Shown here piece by piece: positions 1 to 8,628 of a DNA stretch of 64,000 nt. The notes below the pieces were generated by a model that was not told the DNA's origin, did not search any database, and saw only the letters and a list, made by a program, of their open reading frames with translations. Every line of letters begins with the position of its first letter. Positions within the stretch are counted from its first letter, which is position 1. This stretch comes from an uncultured virus (IMG/VR IMGVR_UViG_3300035181_000912) (taxonomy: Duplodnaviria; Heunggongvirae; Uroviricota; Caudoviricetes), in IMG/VR virus record IMGVR_UViG_3300035181_000912. One strand, given 5' to 3'. The position numbers were made by a program, and so were the translations under genes.

Positions 1-20
1 GTCGTTTAAACGGGCAAGAC

Positions 21-662
21 TTACAAGAAGGACTCGCCAGACAGGCGCTCGTAGCAGACGGCCCATGCTTTGCCCGTGTTATCGTCCATCAGGTTCGACA
101 TGGTCGAGGTCGAACGCGACGAGCCGACTTTCGCGGCGCACAACGTCGCACGCAGCGACTCTTCCATCAGTGCCTCGGCCGTCGCGCCGCGCTTGAAGCC
201 CTCGAGCAGCCACTTCGCGACTTCGAACTCGGCAGCGGTTTCGCTGAACGAGCCAGCCCAGGACAGCGCGTAAACGGGAGACTTCTCCAGCTGAGCGGTG
301 AACTTCGCCAGTTCGCTCGGGAACGCAGCGACGGCAGCAGTGGCGCGGCGCACCGCGTTCGCCAAGTAGGCGTCCGGATGATCACCCTTAACCATCTCGC
401 GCCACGCGTCGAAGTCGACGCGGGCCAGCGCGCGGGCTTTTTGCGCGTCGTGATGCACGCGGTCAGCCGCCTCACGGGCTTCCTGGCGCAGCTCGCTTTC
501 GCGGGCCGCGGTCACGGCTTCCAGGACCTTCGTGTAATAGGTCGATTGCGTCCAGTGACGCTGCCACTTGACGTTGTGACGTGCGCCTAGCTCGGCACAC
601 ATAGCGACCGAGACCGAGGAGTTTTCAGCGAAGGCGAGGAAATCTTTGTTCGAGGTGGCCAT
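21..662 (-). CDS. hypothetical (probably early) protein
   Basis: ORF 21..743. The likely start is ATG 662, preceded by the recurrent leader CAACGGAGACTGAC and a TTGACG promoter with an operator-like palindrome. Confidence 0.7.
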   Translation of the reverse strand: MATSNKDFLAFAENSSVSVAMCAELGARHNVKWQRHWTQSTYYTKVLEAVTAARESELRQEAREAADRVHHDAQKARALARVDFDAWREMVKGDHPDAYLANAVRRATAAVAAFPSELAKFTAQLEKSPVYALSWAGSFSETAAEFEVAKWLLEGFKRGATAEALMEESLRATLCAAKVGSSRSTSTMSNLMDDNTGKAWAVCYERLSGESFL

Positions 663-711
663 GTCAGTCTCCGTTGCTGCGGGTCGCCCCATTGGCGGTC
701 CCGTGCCACAA

Positions 712-741
712 CGTATAAGTAAGTTATAGCACCTCGTCAAC
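712..741 (-). promoter_or_regulatory. sigma70-like promoter with embedded TATAA-N5-TTATA palindrome
   Basis: Minus strand reads TTGACG-aggtgc-TATAACTTACTTATA-cg: 17 bp from TTGACG to TATACG. A near-identical cassette lies at 8429-8467. Confidence 0.6.
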
Positions 742-877
742 ACCTTCCTTTCGGTATAACTCGTTTAGGTAGGTCCCAACTTTCACCCTTTTGCGCCCCA
801 ATGCGTTCGCTCATGATGGTAGTGCAAGGGCTTCGAAAGGCGCCTTTTCCATCACTGAACCCTCCAAGGAGCCGCCC

Positions 878-2812
878 ATGTATGGCCCAAGCCATCCAGT
901 TTCGATTGACCAGCATATCCAGAAGTACCGCATCGGGCCCGACGAGCAGTTCAGCGATATGTGCTTCCGCATCGCCCACACCCTCGCCGACGATGAAGGA
1001 CACCAGCGCGATATTTACCTGACCCTCCTTCATCAGAACTTCATGCCCGCGGGTCGCATTCAGCGCGCAGTCGGTGCACCCATGCAGATCTGCGCCCACA
1101 ACTGCTTCGTGTCCGGGACCATCAAGGACGACTCGGTGGACATCATTGACAAGGTGTCCGAAGCGTTCCTGACGATGCGGATGGGCGGCGGGATCGGTTA
1201 CGACTTCTCCACGCTGCGCTGGCGAGGCGCCTTCATCAAGTCTCTGCGTTCGACGGCCTCGGGTGCCGTCTCCTTCATGGAAATCTACAACGCGGCCTGC
1301 AAGACCGTTCGATCAGCAGGCGGACGCCGCGGAGCCCAGATGGGCGTCCTGCGTATCGACCATCCGGATATCGAGGAGTTTATCGACGCGAAGACAGCCG
1401 CCCTCGCTGACGACGTTCAGAAAGCTCAGATGCTCCTGAGCATTAAGCGCGCCGAACTTCAAGCCGAACTCGACCGCGTGGTCGCTGAGCACGGGCCGGC
1501 TTCCAAGAAGTCCTTCAACACTGCTTCGCGACTCGAGTGGTACAAGGAGCTCGAGCCCTTCATCATGGACATAGTCGAGAAGGTCTCGATCCAGAACCGG
1601 CTGTCGGCCTTCAACGTATCAGTGGCGGTCACCGATGACTTCATGAAGGCAGTTTCTGCTCACGGCACCTTCGACCTCGTCTTCAATGGCGAAGTGGTGC
1701 GCACCGTTGAGGCCTTCCCACTCTGGGAGAAGCTGATGCGCGCGACGTGGGATTGGGCGGAACCGGGTGTCTTGTTCATTGACCGGATCAACGACATGAA
1801 CAACCTCTACTACTGCGAGACCATCGCCGCCACCAACCCCTGCGGCGAGCAGCCCCTTCCTCCCTACGGCGCCTGCCTGCTCGGTTCGTTCACTGCGCCC
1901 AAGTACGTTCGCAAGTACGGGAAGCTCTACTTCTTCGACTACGAAGCCTTCAAGGCGGACATCCCTGGCATCGTGCGGATGATGGACAACGTTATCGACG
2001 AGGCACTCTACCCGCTGCCGCAGCAGGAGAAGGAAGCCAAAGACAAGCGCCGGATGGGCTTGGGTATGACGGGCATGGCGAACGCCATCGAAGCCATGGG
2101 CTACCCCTACGGCTCGGAAGCCTACATCACGGCCCAGGGGCAGATCCTGCGCGTCCTACTGAACGAGACCTACCGCGCGTCGGCTCTGCTCGCAAAGGAG
2201 AAGGGTCCGTTCTCGCTGTGGGACGCGGACAAGTTCATGACCGGCAAGTTCGTCACCAGTGGCGTAATCGACGATGACGTGCTGGAGCTGATCAATCGCC
2301 ACGGTCTGCGCAACTCGCACCTGACCAGCATCGCGCCGACGGGGACCATCTCGCTGACCGCGGACAATATGTCGTCCGGGATCGAGCCAGTGTTCTCCTA
2401 CAAGACAGGCCGCGAGATCATCAACGAGGACGGGGTTACCAAGTCCTATGTCGAGATTGACGACTACGGGGTGCGGGAGTTCGGCGTCAAGGGCCGCCGC
2501 GCCGACGACCTGACTGTTTTCGAGCATGTCCGCGTTTACACGGCTGCTCAGACCTTCGTGGACAGCTCGATCAGCAAGACCTGCAACGTCGGTGGCAACG
2601 TGACGTTCCCTGAGTTCATGCAGATCTACGTCCAAGCCTGGGAGCAGGGTGCGAAAGGCTGCACTACGTTCCGTCTCAACGGGAAGCGCTTCGGTATTAT
2701 GAAGTCGCTGGACGACGTCACCCCCGAGCATGAAGTTGAGTCTCTCGCCCTCGAGCCAGTGGGAGAGGCTTGCGTCTATGATCCTACCACCGGCACACGC
2801 TCCTGCGAGTGA
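878..2812 (+). CDS. nrdJ: ribonucleotide reductase, class II (B12-dependent) type
   Basis: Motifs PAGRI, NCFV, GGGIG, RRGAQM, TNPCGEQ, IAPTGTIS and a C-terminal Cys pair. No beta subunit gene nearby. AAGGAG RBS before ATG 878. Confidence 0.9.
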   Translation: MYGPSHPVSIDQHIQKYRIGPDEQFSDMCFRIAHTLADDEGHQRDIYLTLLHQNFMPAGRIQRAVGAPMQICAHNCFVSGTIKDDSVDIIDKVSEAFLTMRMGGGIGYDFSTLRWRGAFIKSLRSTASGAVSFMEIYNAACKTVRSAGGRRGAQMGVLRIDHPDIEEFIDAKTAALADDVQKAQMLLSIKRAELQAELDRVVAEHGPASKKSFNTASRLEWYKELEPFIMDIVEKVSIQNRLSAFNVSVAVTDDFMKAVSAHGTFDLVFNGEVVRTVEAFPLWEKLMRATWDWAEPGVLFIDRINDMNNLYYCETIAATNPCGEQPLPPYGACLLGSFTAPKYVRKYGKLYFFDYEAFKADIPGIVRMMDNVIDEALYPLPQQEKEAKDKRRMGLGMTGMANAIEAMGYPYGSEAYITAQGQILRVLLNETYRASALLAKEKGPFSLWDADKFMTGKFVTSGVIDDDVLELINRHGLRNSHLTSIAPTGTISLTADNMSSGIEPVFSYKTGREIINEDGVTKSYVEIDDYGVREFGVKGRRADDLTVFEHVRVYTAAQTFVDSSISKTCNVGGNVTFPEFMQIYVQAWEQGAKGCTTFRLNGKRFGIMKSLDDVTPEHEVESLALEPVGEACVYDPTTGTRSCE

Positions 2813-2815
2813 ACC

Positions 2816-3076
2816 ATGACCCGCGTCGTCCCCTGGATGGCGCGGGCTTCCATTCGGGCAAACCGAGCTCGGGGTGGTAGGTTCCCGCACCTTACAATCT
2901 GCGCCGAGTTGTGGATCCTGGATCGTCGGTTGACTGTCACAGTCATTGACGCTATGATGCTTCTGATCTACTTCGAGCGCCACCATTGCCGAAAGCAGTA
3001 CTGGACCCATGGACTACAGCGACTACCCCTTGAGCATCACCGAGATCAAGTCGGACAAGACGAACCGCGGATCTGA
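2816..3076 (+). CDS. hypothetical protein
   Basis: ORF starts immediately after nrdJ but overlaps the next ORF by 68 bp. Confidence 0.35.
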   Translation: MTRVVPWMARASIRANRARGGRFPHLTICAELWILDRRLTVTVIDAMMLLIYFERHHCRKQYWTHGLQRLPLEHHRDQVGQDEPRI

Positions 3077-3293
3077 CTGGACGCCTCGAGATGCGTTGAT
3101 TGCGCTCCTGCGCGACATTGACTCGGGCAAACGTGACATCCAAGGCATCTTCATCGCCGCGCGAGTCGCGGGCGCAGGGGAAGGCGCATGTCGGCCCTTC
3201 TTCTCCGCGTGCGCTCGTGATCCCATAGACGCCATAGGTATGATCGAACTCGCCAAGATCGCCTATGTCCTCGCTAGCTACGGTGAGGAGTAG
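3009..3293 (+). CDS. hypothetical protein
   Basis: 94 aa ORF abutting the head morphogenesis gene. Confidence 0.65.
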   Translation: MDYSDYPLSITEIKSDKTNRGSDWTPRDALIALLRDIDSGKRDIQGIFIAARVAGAGEGACRPFFSACARDPIDAIGMIELAKIAYVLASYGEE

Positions 3294-3295
3294 AC

Positions 3296-5428
3296 ATGGC
3301 CCAGACCATCAATGAACGGTTCATGGATTTCCAAATCGCGCAGCAGATCAAATGGATCCGCTTGCAGAATCGAGACGTAGAAGAAGCACTGAGCATCCTG
3401 AACCGCGTCGATACACAACTCGAGAGCGCGCTGATGCGCGCAGGCATCGGGGACGCGCCCTACACGCTGGCACGCCTTGAGGCGCTGAAAGCACAGGTCA
3501 CCAACCTGATCTCGGTCGTGCAGGACGAGGCGGCGGTCGTGATGACCAAGAACATGGGTGCGGCCGCCGAGGCTGCTGCGAACGTCGAGGAGGGGCTGTT
3601 CCGCCGAGAGCTTCCCGCAGGTCTGGACATCACGACGCCCAACCTCGGCGTCCTGCAGAAGGCCGCAACGCTGCGCCCCTTCAACGGTGCAGTAATGTCC
3701 GAGTGGACCCAGCAGCTGAAGGCGTCTGACCTCACGCGGACGTGGAACAGTATCCTAGACGGGATCACGTCAGGCACGACGACTGACGATCTCATCCGCA
3801 GACTGCTAGGCACGAAGGCGCTCCAGTACAAGGATGGCGTCCGCGAGGTGTCACGCCGAGGGATGGAAGCCCTCGTCCGGACGTCCATCAACCACGCGAC
3901 GAACCAGGGCCGTCAGATGGTCTGGGAGAGCAACTCGGACATCCTCAAAGGCGTCCGCTGGGTCTCGACGCTAGACACGCGCACCACGCCCATCTGCCAG
4001 CAGCGGGATGGGAAAGTCGGTCCTGTGGTCGATGACCCGAACTGGTCACCGCCTGAAGGTGCAGACCGGCTAGACCCGCCGTTCGCTCGGCCCCCTGCTC
4101 ACCCGAACTGCCGGTCGACGACGACCGCGGTGACGAAGTCGTGGAAGGAGCTTGGGTTCAACGTGGATGAGCTGCCCGCGGGCACTCGCGCGTCTATGGA
4201 CGGCCAGGTCCCCGCTAACATGACCTATTTCGAGTGGCTCGCCAAGCAGTCGCCCGAACGTCAGAAGGACATCCTAGGCCCCACCCGCTTCGACCTGTGG
4301 CATACCGAAGGTGTCAAACCAGAGCGCTTTGTCAATGATAAAGGGCGGCTCTTAACGCTAGATGAGTTGCGTGCTAACCTTGGGAAAGCTCCTGCGGTTA
4401 GAGTCAAGGGCCCTTCAGCTCCTATCCCCGATCTAACGTCTTACGATACTGCGCGGCCCATGGTCGACGCGTTCCTTGCTGACGCAACTAACCTCCGCTT
4501 CTTAGACCCGAAAGACTACGGTTTGAAAAACTGGCCTAGCGCTGCTGCACTTCAGTCCGCTAACAAGGACGTTATGGCAGCCGCTCTATCACAGGTTAAG
4601 CGGTTCATGGTTTATACCGCTGATGGCGATGCTTCTTCGGCTGCGCGGGGACTTGAAAAGTTCAAACAGTTATTTAAGGACCGCTTGGGCTTTGATTTAT
4701 TCAAGAAAACTGCTGAAGAAATGCTTCCCGAGAATAAACTGGTTGGGTGGGATAAGGTTGGCGGATTTGAGCACTTGAGCCCAGCTGATCGAGTAAAGCT
4801 GTCTAAATATGCCGCCAATGCGGACGACCTGCTGGCGTCAGTTATTGGGTCTGATAAGTACAGAAGCGCTACTATGACAGTATCTAGCGGACCTCGGATA
4901 GACATCAATGCCTATGATAGCTCGACTGTTAAGCGCATTACGCGCACCATCAGACTCGATCAGCGGAAGGTCGACCACGACTACTTCGTGGTCTCTGAGG
5001 GCTCACAAGGGTCTGGCGCAGCGAAGCGGATCCTCAAGGAGGCAGTTGAGGCCTACGTCAAGATGGGCATCGACCAAGTAGACGTCCATGCCAATATCGA
5101 CGTGGGCGGCTACGCCTGGGTCAAGTATGGCTTTCTGCAGACAAGGTCTGACTGGGATGGAATGCGCGCAGTCATGAAGGGCAAGCTCGGGCGCAAGTTC
5201 GGCGTCAAGTCCTTACTGAACGAGTCTGACCAACAAGCTTGGGAGGACGTCGAAGCGATACTAGACAACGGCGACCCCAAGGCAATGTGGCTCCTTGCAG
5301 ACTCAAAACTGACCATTAATGGTGACTCAGTCGGGAAGAAGCTTCTGCTGGGTTCAAACTGGTATGGGTCGCTGAACCTTCGAGATCCTGAGAGCCTCGC
5401 AAGGTTTAGGGCCTATGCGGGCAAGTGA
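3296..5428 (+). CDS. head morphogenesis protein (SPP1 gp7/MuF family) with C-terminal GNAT-like extension
   Basis: MuF motifs WVSTLDTRTTPIC and PPAHPNCRS. The C-terminus has QGSGAAKRIL...HANIDVGGYAWVKYGF, resembling a GNAT acetyl-CoA binding region. Confidence 0.85.
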   Translation: MAQTINERFMDFQIAQQIKWIRLQNRDVEEALSILNRVDTQLESALMRAGIGDAPYTLARLEALKAQVTNLISVVQDEAAVVMTKNMGAAAEAAANVEEGLFRRELPAGLDITTPNLGVLQKAATLRPFNGAVMSEWTQQLKASDLTRTWNSILDGITSGTTTDDLIRRLLGTKALQYKDGVREVSRRGMEALVRTSINHATNQGRQMVWESNSDILKGVRWVSTLDTRTTPICQQRDGKVGPVVDDPNWSPPEGADRLDPPFARPPAHPNCRSTTTAVTKSWKELGFNVDELPAGTRASMDGQVPANMTYFEWLAKQSPERQKDILGPTRFDLWHTEGVKPERFVNDKGRLLTLDELRANLGKAPAVRVKGPSAPIPDLTSYDTARPMVDAFLADATNLRFLDPKDYGLKNWPSAAALQSANKDVMAAALSQVKRFMVYTADGDASSAARGLEKFKQLFKDRLGFDLFKKTAEEMLPENKLVGWDKVGGFEHLSPADRVKLSKYAANADDLLASVIGSDKYRSATMTVSSGPRIDINAYDSSTVKRITRTIRLDQRKVDHDYFVVSEGSQGSGAAKRILKEAVEAYVKMGIDQVDVHANIDVGGYAWVKYGFLQTRSDWDGMRAVMKGKLGRKFGVKSLLNESDQQAWEDVEAILDNGDPKAMWLLADSKLTINGDSVGKKLLLGSNWYGSLNLRDPESLARFRAYAGK

Positions 5429-5430
5429 CC

Positions 5431-5458
5431 TTGAGTTGCTCGCTAAGTGTGATATGAT
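5431..5458 (+). promoter_or_regulatory. putative sigma70 promoter for the small ORF and endolysin
   Basis: TTGAGT-16 bp-TATGAT with an extended -10 TG. Confidence 0.4.
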
Positions 5459-5481
5459 GCGCGTCCAAGGATAGGTAGTAG

Positions 5482-5652
5482 ATGGCCGAAAAAGGCTCCA
5501 ATGAGTTCAAACTAGCAGGTGGCGGTGACGCAGCTCTGCATAACCCCATCTTGAAGGCGGGGTCTGACGACGTGCAGGCGTCGCGCAAGCTAGCAGCCGA
5601 ACTTGGCTTCTCAAAAGACCAGATTAACCGTAGCTTTCCAGAGGAGCTCTAA
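5482..5652 (+). CDS. small hypothetical protein (56 aa), candidate immunity partner of the MuF extension
   Basis: Translated by hand: MAEKGSNEFKLAGGGDAALHNPILKAGSDDVQASRKLAAELGFSKDQINRSFPEEL. It fills the gap and has an AGGATAGG RBS-like sequence. Confidence 0.6.
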   Translation: MAEKGSNEFKLAGGGDAALHNPILKAGSDDVQASRKLAAELGFSKDQINRSFPEEL

Positions 5653-5654
5653 CT

Positions 5655-6470
5655 ATGAAGACCAACTTCGACATAACGACCAGCTGGCTGCTGGTTCACG
5701 AGGGGGGCTACGTCGATAACCCGAAAGACCCCGGGGGCGCCACGAACTACGGCGTGACGCAGAAGACCTATGACGGCTACCGCAAGCGGATGGGCCTCCC
5801 GACGCAGACGGTGCGCTCGATCACGATGGACGAGGTGCTGGCGATCTACAAGACCCAGTACTGGGAGAAGATCATGGGCGACGAACTGCCAGCGGGTTTG
5901 GACTATGCCGTCTACGACTTCGCGGTCAACTCGGGGCCCAAGCGTGCTGTGCAGTGCCTGCAGGAGCTCCTGGGCGCGAACGTCAAGGCGGACGGGATCA
6001 TGGGCAACCAGACCCTGGGCGCGCTGGCTGAGTTAGGCCCCGAGGACATGCGGGCGCTGATCGAAGCCTACTGCGAGAAGCGGTTGAACTGGATGAAGAC
6101 TCTGAAGACGTTCGCGACGTTCGGAACTGGCTGGACGCGTCGCGTGATGGGTGAGCAGCTCGGCGTGCAGGACGCAGACACTGGCGTGATCGACCGTGCA
6201 GTCAAGCTCTACATGGGCCGATCTGTCACGGCTCCGGTGCGTGCTGCGGTCGGGAAGGCCGTCGAGGAAGACACCAAGATGACCGTCAAAGTCGCGGAGG
6301 GCTTCAACCTGAGCACCGTCGGCACTGTCGCCGCGGGCATCGCGCCCACCGCAGTGATTGCGATGATCCAGCAGGAGGGACCGATCCAGTATGCCCTCGC
6401 CGTGGTGGTCGTCATCGCGACGATTCTGGGCGCCGTCGTCTTCTACAAGAAGGTGATCTCCAAGACCTAA
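5655..6470 (+). CDS. endolysin, glycoside hydrolase family 108 with PG-binding domain and C-terminal hydrophobic segment
   Basis: Motifs HEGGYVDNPKDPGGATNYGVT, DFAVNSG and FGTGWTRR. Confidence 0.92.
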   Translation: MKTNFDITTSWLLVHEGGYVDNPKDPGGATNYGVTQKTYDGYRKRMGLPTQTVRSITMDEVLAIYKTQYWEKIMGDELPAGLDYAVYDFAVNSGPKRAVQCLQELLGANVKADGIMGNQTLGALAELGPEDMRALIEAYCEKRLNWMKTLKTFATFGTGWTRRVMGEQLGVQDADTGVIDRAVKLYMGRSVTAPVRAAVGKAVEEDTKMTVKVAEGFNLSTVGTVAAGIAPTAVIAMIQQEGPIQYALAVVVVIATILGAVVFYKKVISKT

Positions 6471-6567
6471 ATCGGTCATCTCAAGAAATGGTGTCAAGCG
6501 CAATGTTCGGTGGACGAGCGCTTGGCACCATCCTAACATCAGGGCACCAGGATAGGGAGTGCGGCTG

Positions 6568-7296
6568 ATGGGTAGTGTCTCGATGCGGAAGCAACGCCAA
6601 GAAGAACGAAACTGGAAACCGCCGCAGATCGAGACCTTGACGCAGAAGCAGGCAACCTACCTGGAACTGCTTTCCCGCTTCGACTGCACCATCACAACAG
6701 GGCCCGCGGGCACAGGCAAGACTTACCTCGCGTGCGCTTGGGCTGGCGAAGCACTCGCGAACCACAACACTCGCGGGATCGTCCTCGCACGTCCCATCGT
6801 GCCCGTTGGGCGCACGCTCGGGATGCTGCCAGGTAAGCTGTCAGTCAAGATCGACCCCTGGGCGCGTCCGCTCGTCGAGGCGTTTAAACGTCAGATGTCT
6901 GCCAAGAAATACGAGGAGCACGTCCAGGCGGGAGCCATCAAGATCGAGGCGCTCGAGCACATCCGCGGCCTGACGTTCGACGACTGCGTGATGATCTTGG
7001 ACGAGGCGCAGAACACGACGCCTGCCGAGATGAAGGCCTTCCTGACTCGCATCGGGGACAACTCGTCGGTGATCATCTCGGGCGACGTGCGCCAGAGTGA
7101 CTTGCACCGCACGAATAACGGGCTGGCTTGGGCGCTGAAGGCGGTAGAGCGCGGCCTGGTACCAGACGTGGGGCTCGTCACGTTCACCAGCGCAGATACC
7201 GTGCGCTCTGAGCTTTGCCGCCTGTGGGGCGAGGCATTCGACACGCTCGAGGACGAGCAGGATACGAACGGTCGGCCTCTGCATCCCGCGTGGTAA
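6568..7296 (+). CDS. phoH: PhoH-like ATPase
   Basis: Motifs GPAGTGKT, RGLTFD, ILDEAQN and GDVRQSD. Confidence 0.92.
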   Translation: MGSVSMRKQRQEERNWKPPQIETLTQKQATYLELLSRFDCTITTGPAGTGKTYLACAWAGEALANHNTRGIVLARPIVPVGRTLGMLPGKLSVKIDPWARPLVEAFKRQMSAKKYEEHVQAGAIKIEALEHIRGLTFDDCVMILDEAQNTTPAEMKAFLTRIGDNSSVIISGDVRQSDLHRTNNGLAWALKAVERGLVPDVGLVTFTSADTVRSELCRLWGEAFDTLEDEQDTNGRPLHPAW

Positions 7297-7318
7297 AGGC
7301 CAGCCTCCGGGCTGGCCT
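7297..7318. terminator. hairpin between convergent genes
   Basis: AGGCCAGCC-tccg-GGCTGGCCT inverted repeat. Confidence 0.55.
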
Positions 7319-7341
7319 ACAAGATCTTGTGGTAGGGTTCC

Positions 7342-7521
7342 TTAAAGTTCCCGCATGATGCGGATCTCCACAATAGATTGCGCCGGGCGGTCAAGCATCA
7401 TCGAAACTTCAACCGTTGAGACCTCGACGACGAGGCCGAACCTCGCAGCGTTGCGGATCTCCTCGTTCAACGTGCTTTCGGCCGCGCGCAGCCGCGCGAC
7501 CACATCTTCTTCGCTTTCCAT
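7342..7521 (-). CDS. hypothetical protein (59 aa)
   Basis: Hand-translated MESEEDVVARLRAAESTLNEEIRNAARFG..., coupled by TGATG to the upstream minus-strand gene. Confidence 0.55.
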   Translation of the reverse strand: MESEEDVVARLRAAESTLNEEIRNAARFGLVVEVSTVEVSMMLDRPAQSIVEIRIMREL

Positions 7522-7838
7522 CAGAAAGGGATCTCCTCGTCGAAGTGCGCATCGAGCAAGCGCGGCTCAAAGACAGCTTCCAGCCGACGCGCGACGCGCG
7601 CAGCGGGGATCTCATCCTCGTAGTCATCGTCTTCCGGATGACGACCACGCGGGCCGGTGTAGTGGGGATTGAGGTGCCAGGTGTCGAACGGCGAGAGGAT
7701 CCACTCGCGCGTGACGTCGACCGCGCCATAGGATCCGGCGTACTGGGACAGCGCGGCGGACATATACTCGCCTTGAGACATCGCGTCTTGCGCCATGTCG
7801 TCCTCGTACTCGAGCTGCTGTGCTTCAGAATAGAACAT
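7521..7838 (-). CDS. small acidic protein ending in DEEIPF
   Basis: ATG 7838 follows the leader CAACGGAGACTAACG. The protein is acidic. Confidence 0.7.
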   Translation of the reverse strand: MFYSEAQQLEYEDDMAQDAMSQGEYMSAALSQYAGSYGAVDVTREWILSPFDTWHLNPHYTGPRGRHPEDDDYEDEIPAARVARRLEAVFEPRLLDAHFDEEIPF

Positions 7839-7890
7839 CGTTAGTCTCCGTTGATAAGGTGGCCCGCGCATCGAGCCGGGCCGGTTTCGT

Positions 7891-8388
7891 TCAGCGATCA
7901 AGCACCTTCACCAGCGTGCGAGCGTGCAGGCACTGGATGTTGTAGCCACCCGCCAGGATGGTTTCGATCTCGACCTTTTTCTTGCCAGCGTCGGTGTTGA
8001 CGATGAAGGTGCCATGGAAGCCATCAGACATGCGAGCGTGGGTCAAGCCGGCCACCGTCGTCACGCTGGCTTTCACCAGCTTCGCGGTGATCGAAGTATT
8101 CCGCGCGGCGATGGTGCGCTTGCAGATCTTCGTCACGACGTCGGCTCGGCCTTCCTCGTTGTGACCGGTCAGCGCGTTGTACCAGGTCTTGCCGCCCATG
8201 ATCTTGAAGTAGCGGTCGTAGACGGCGTAGGAGCCATTCCGGGTCGAGCGGAGTGCTTTGCACTCGTCGGAGGCCTGGAACTCTTTCAGCGCGGCGATGC
8301 ACTCGGTCGCCCAAGTGATCTGCTTCGCGATGAAGTCGGCGTCCATGTCGGCGAAGATCGTTTCGAGCGTGGCTTGGATCGTGGTCAT
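7891..8388 (-). CDS. hypothetical phage protein with C-terminal TILAGGYNIQCLHAR motif
   Basis: 165 aa ORF with the same leader and promoter cassette as 21..662. Confidence 0.75.
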   Translation of the reverse strand: MTTIQATLETIFADMDADFIAKQITWATECIAALKEFQASDECKALRSTRNGSYAVYDRYFKIMGGKTWYNALTGHNEEGRADVVTKICKRTIAARNTSITAKLVKASVTTVAGLTHARMSDGFHGTFIVNTDAGKKKVEIETILAGGYNIQCLHARTLVKVLDR

Positions 8389-8433
8389 GTCAGTCTCCGT
8401 TGCTGTGGGTCTCGACGTGCGCCCAGTTCACAA

Positions 8434-8464
8434 CGAATAAGTGAGTTATACCACCACCGTCAAC
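8434..8464 (-). promoter_or_regulatory. sigma70-like promoter with embedded operator-like palindrome
   Basis: Minus strand reads TTGACG-gtggtgg-TATAACTCACTTATT-cg. Confidence 0.6.
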
Positions 8465-8628
8465 ACCCTTCCACGCGTTTTAGCACCTTATTTTTAAAAT
8501 AACTCGCTTATACCTGATCCCATAACTCGCTTGCGACGCGCACCTACTCCTCCTATCTTCAGGCAGGACCGATAACCTTGAGGGCCTCAAGAGCGGTTAC
8601 TTTGGCAGAGCCATAGAAAGGACTATCC

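Noticed and set aside
1394..1600. Intein in the RNR
   Set aside because: Too short, and lacks the N-terminal Cys/Ser block and the terminal His-Asn.
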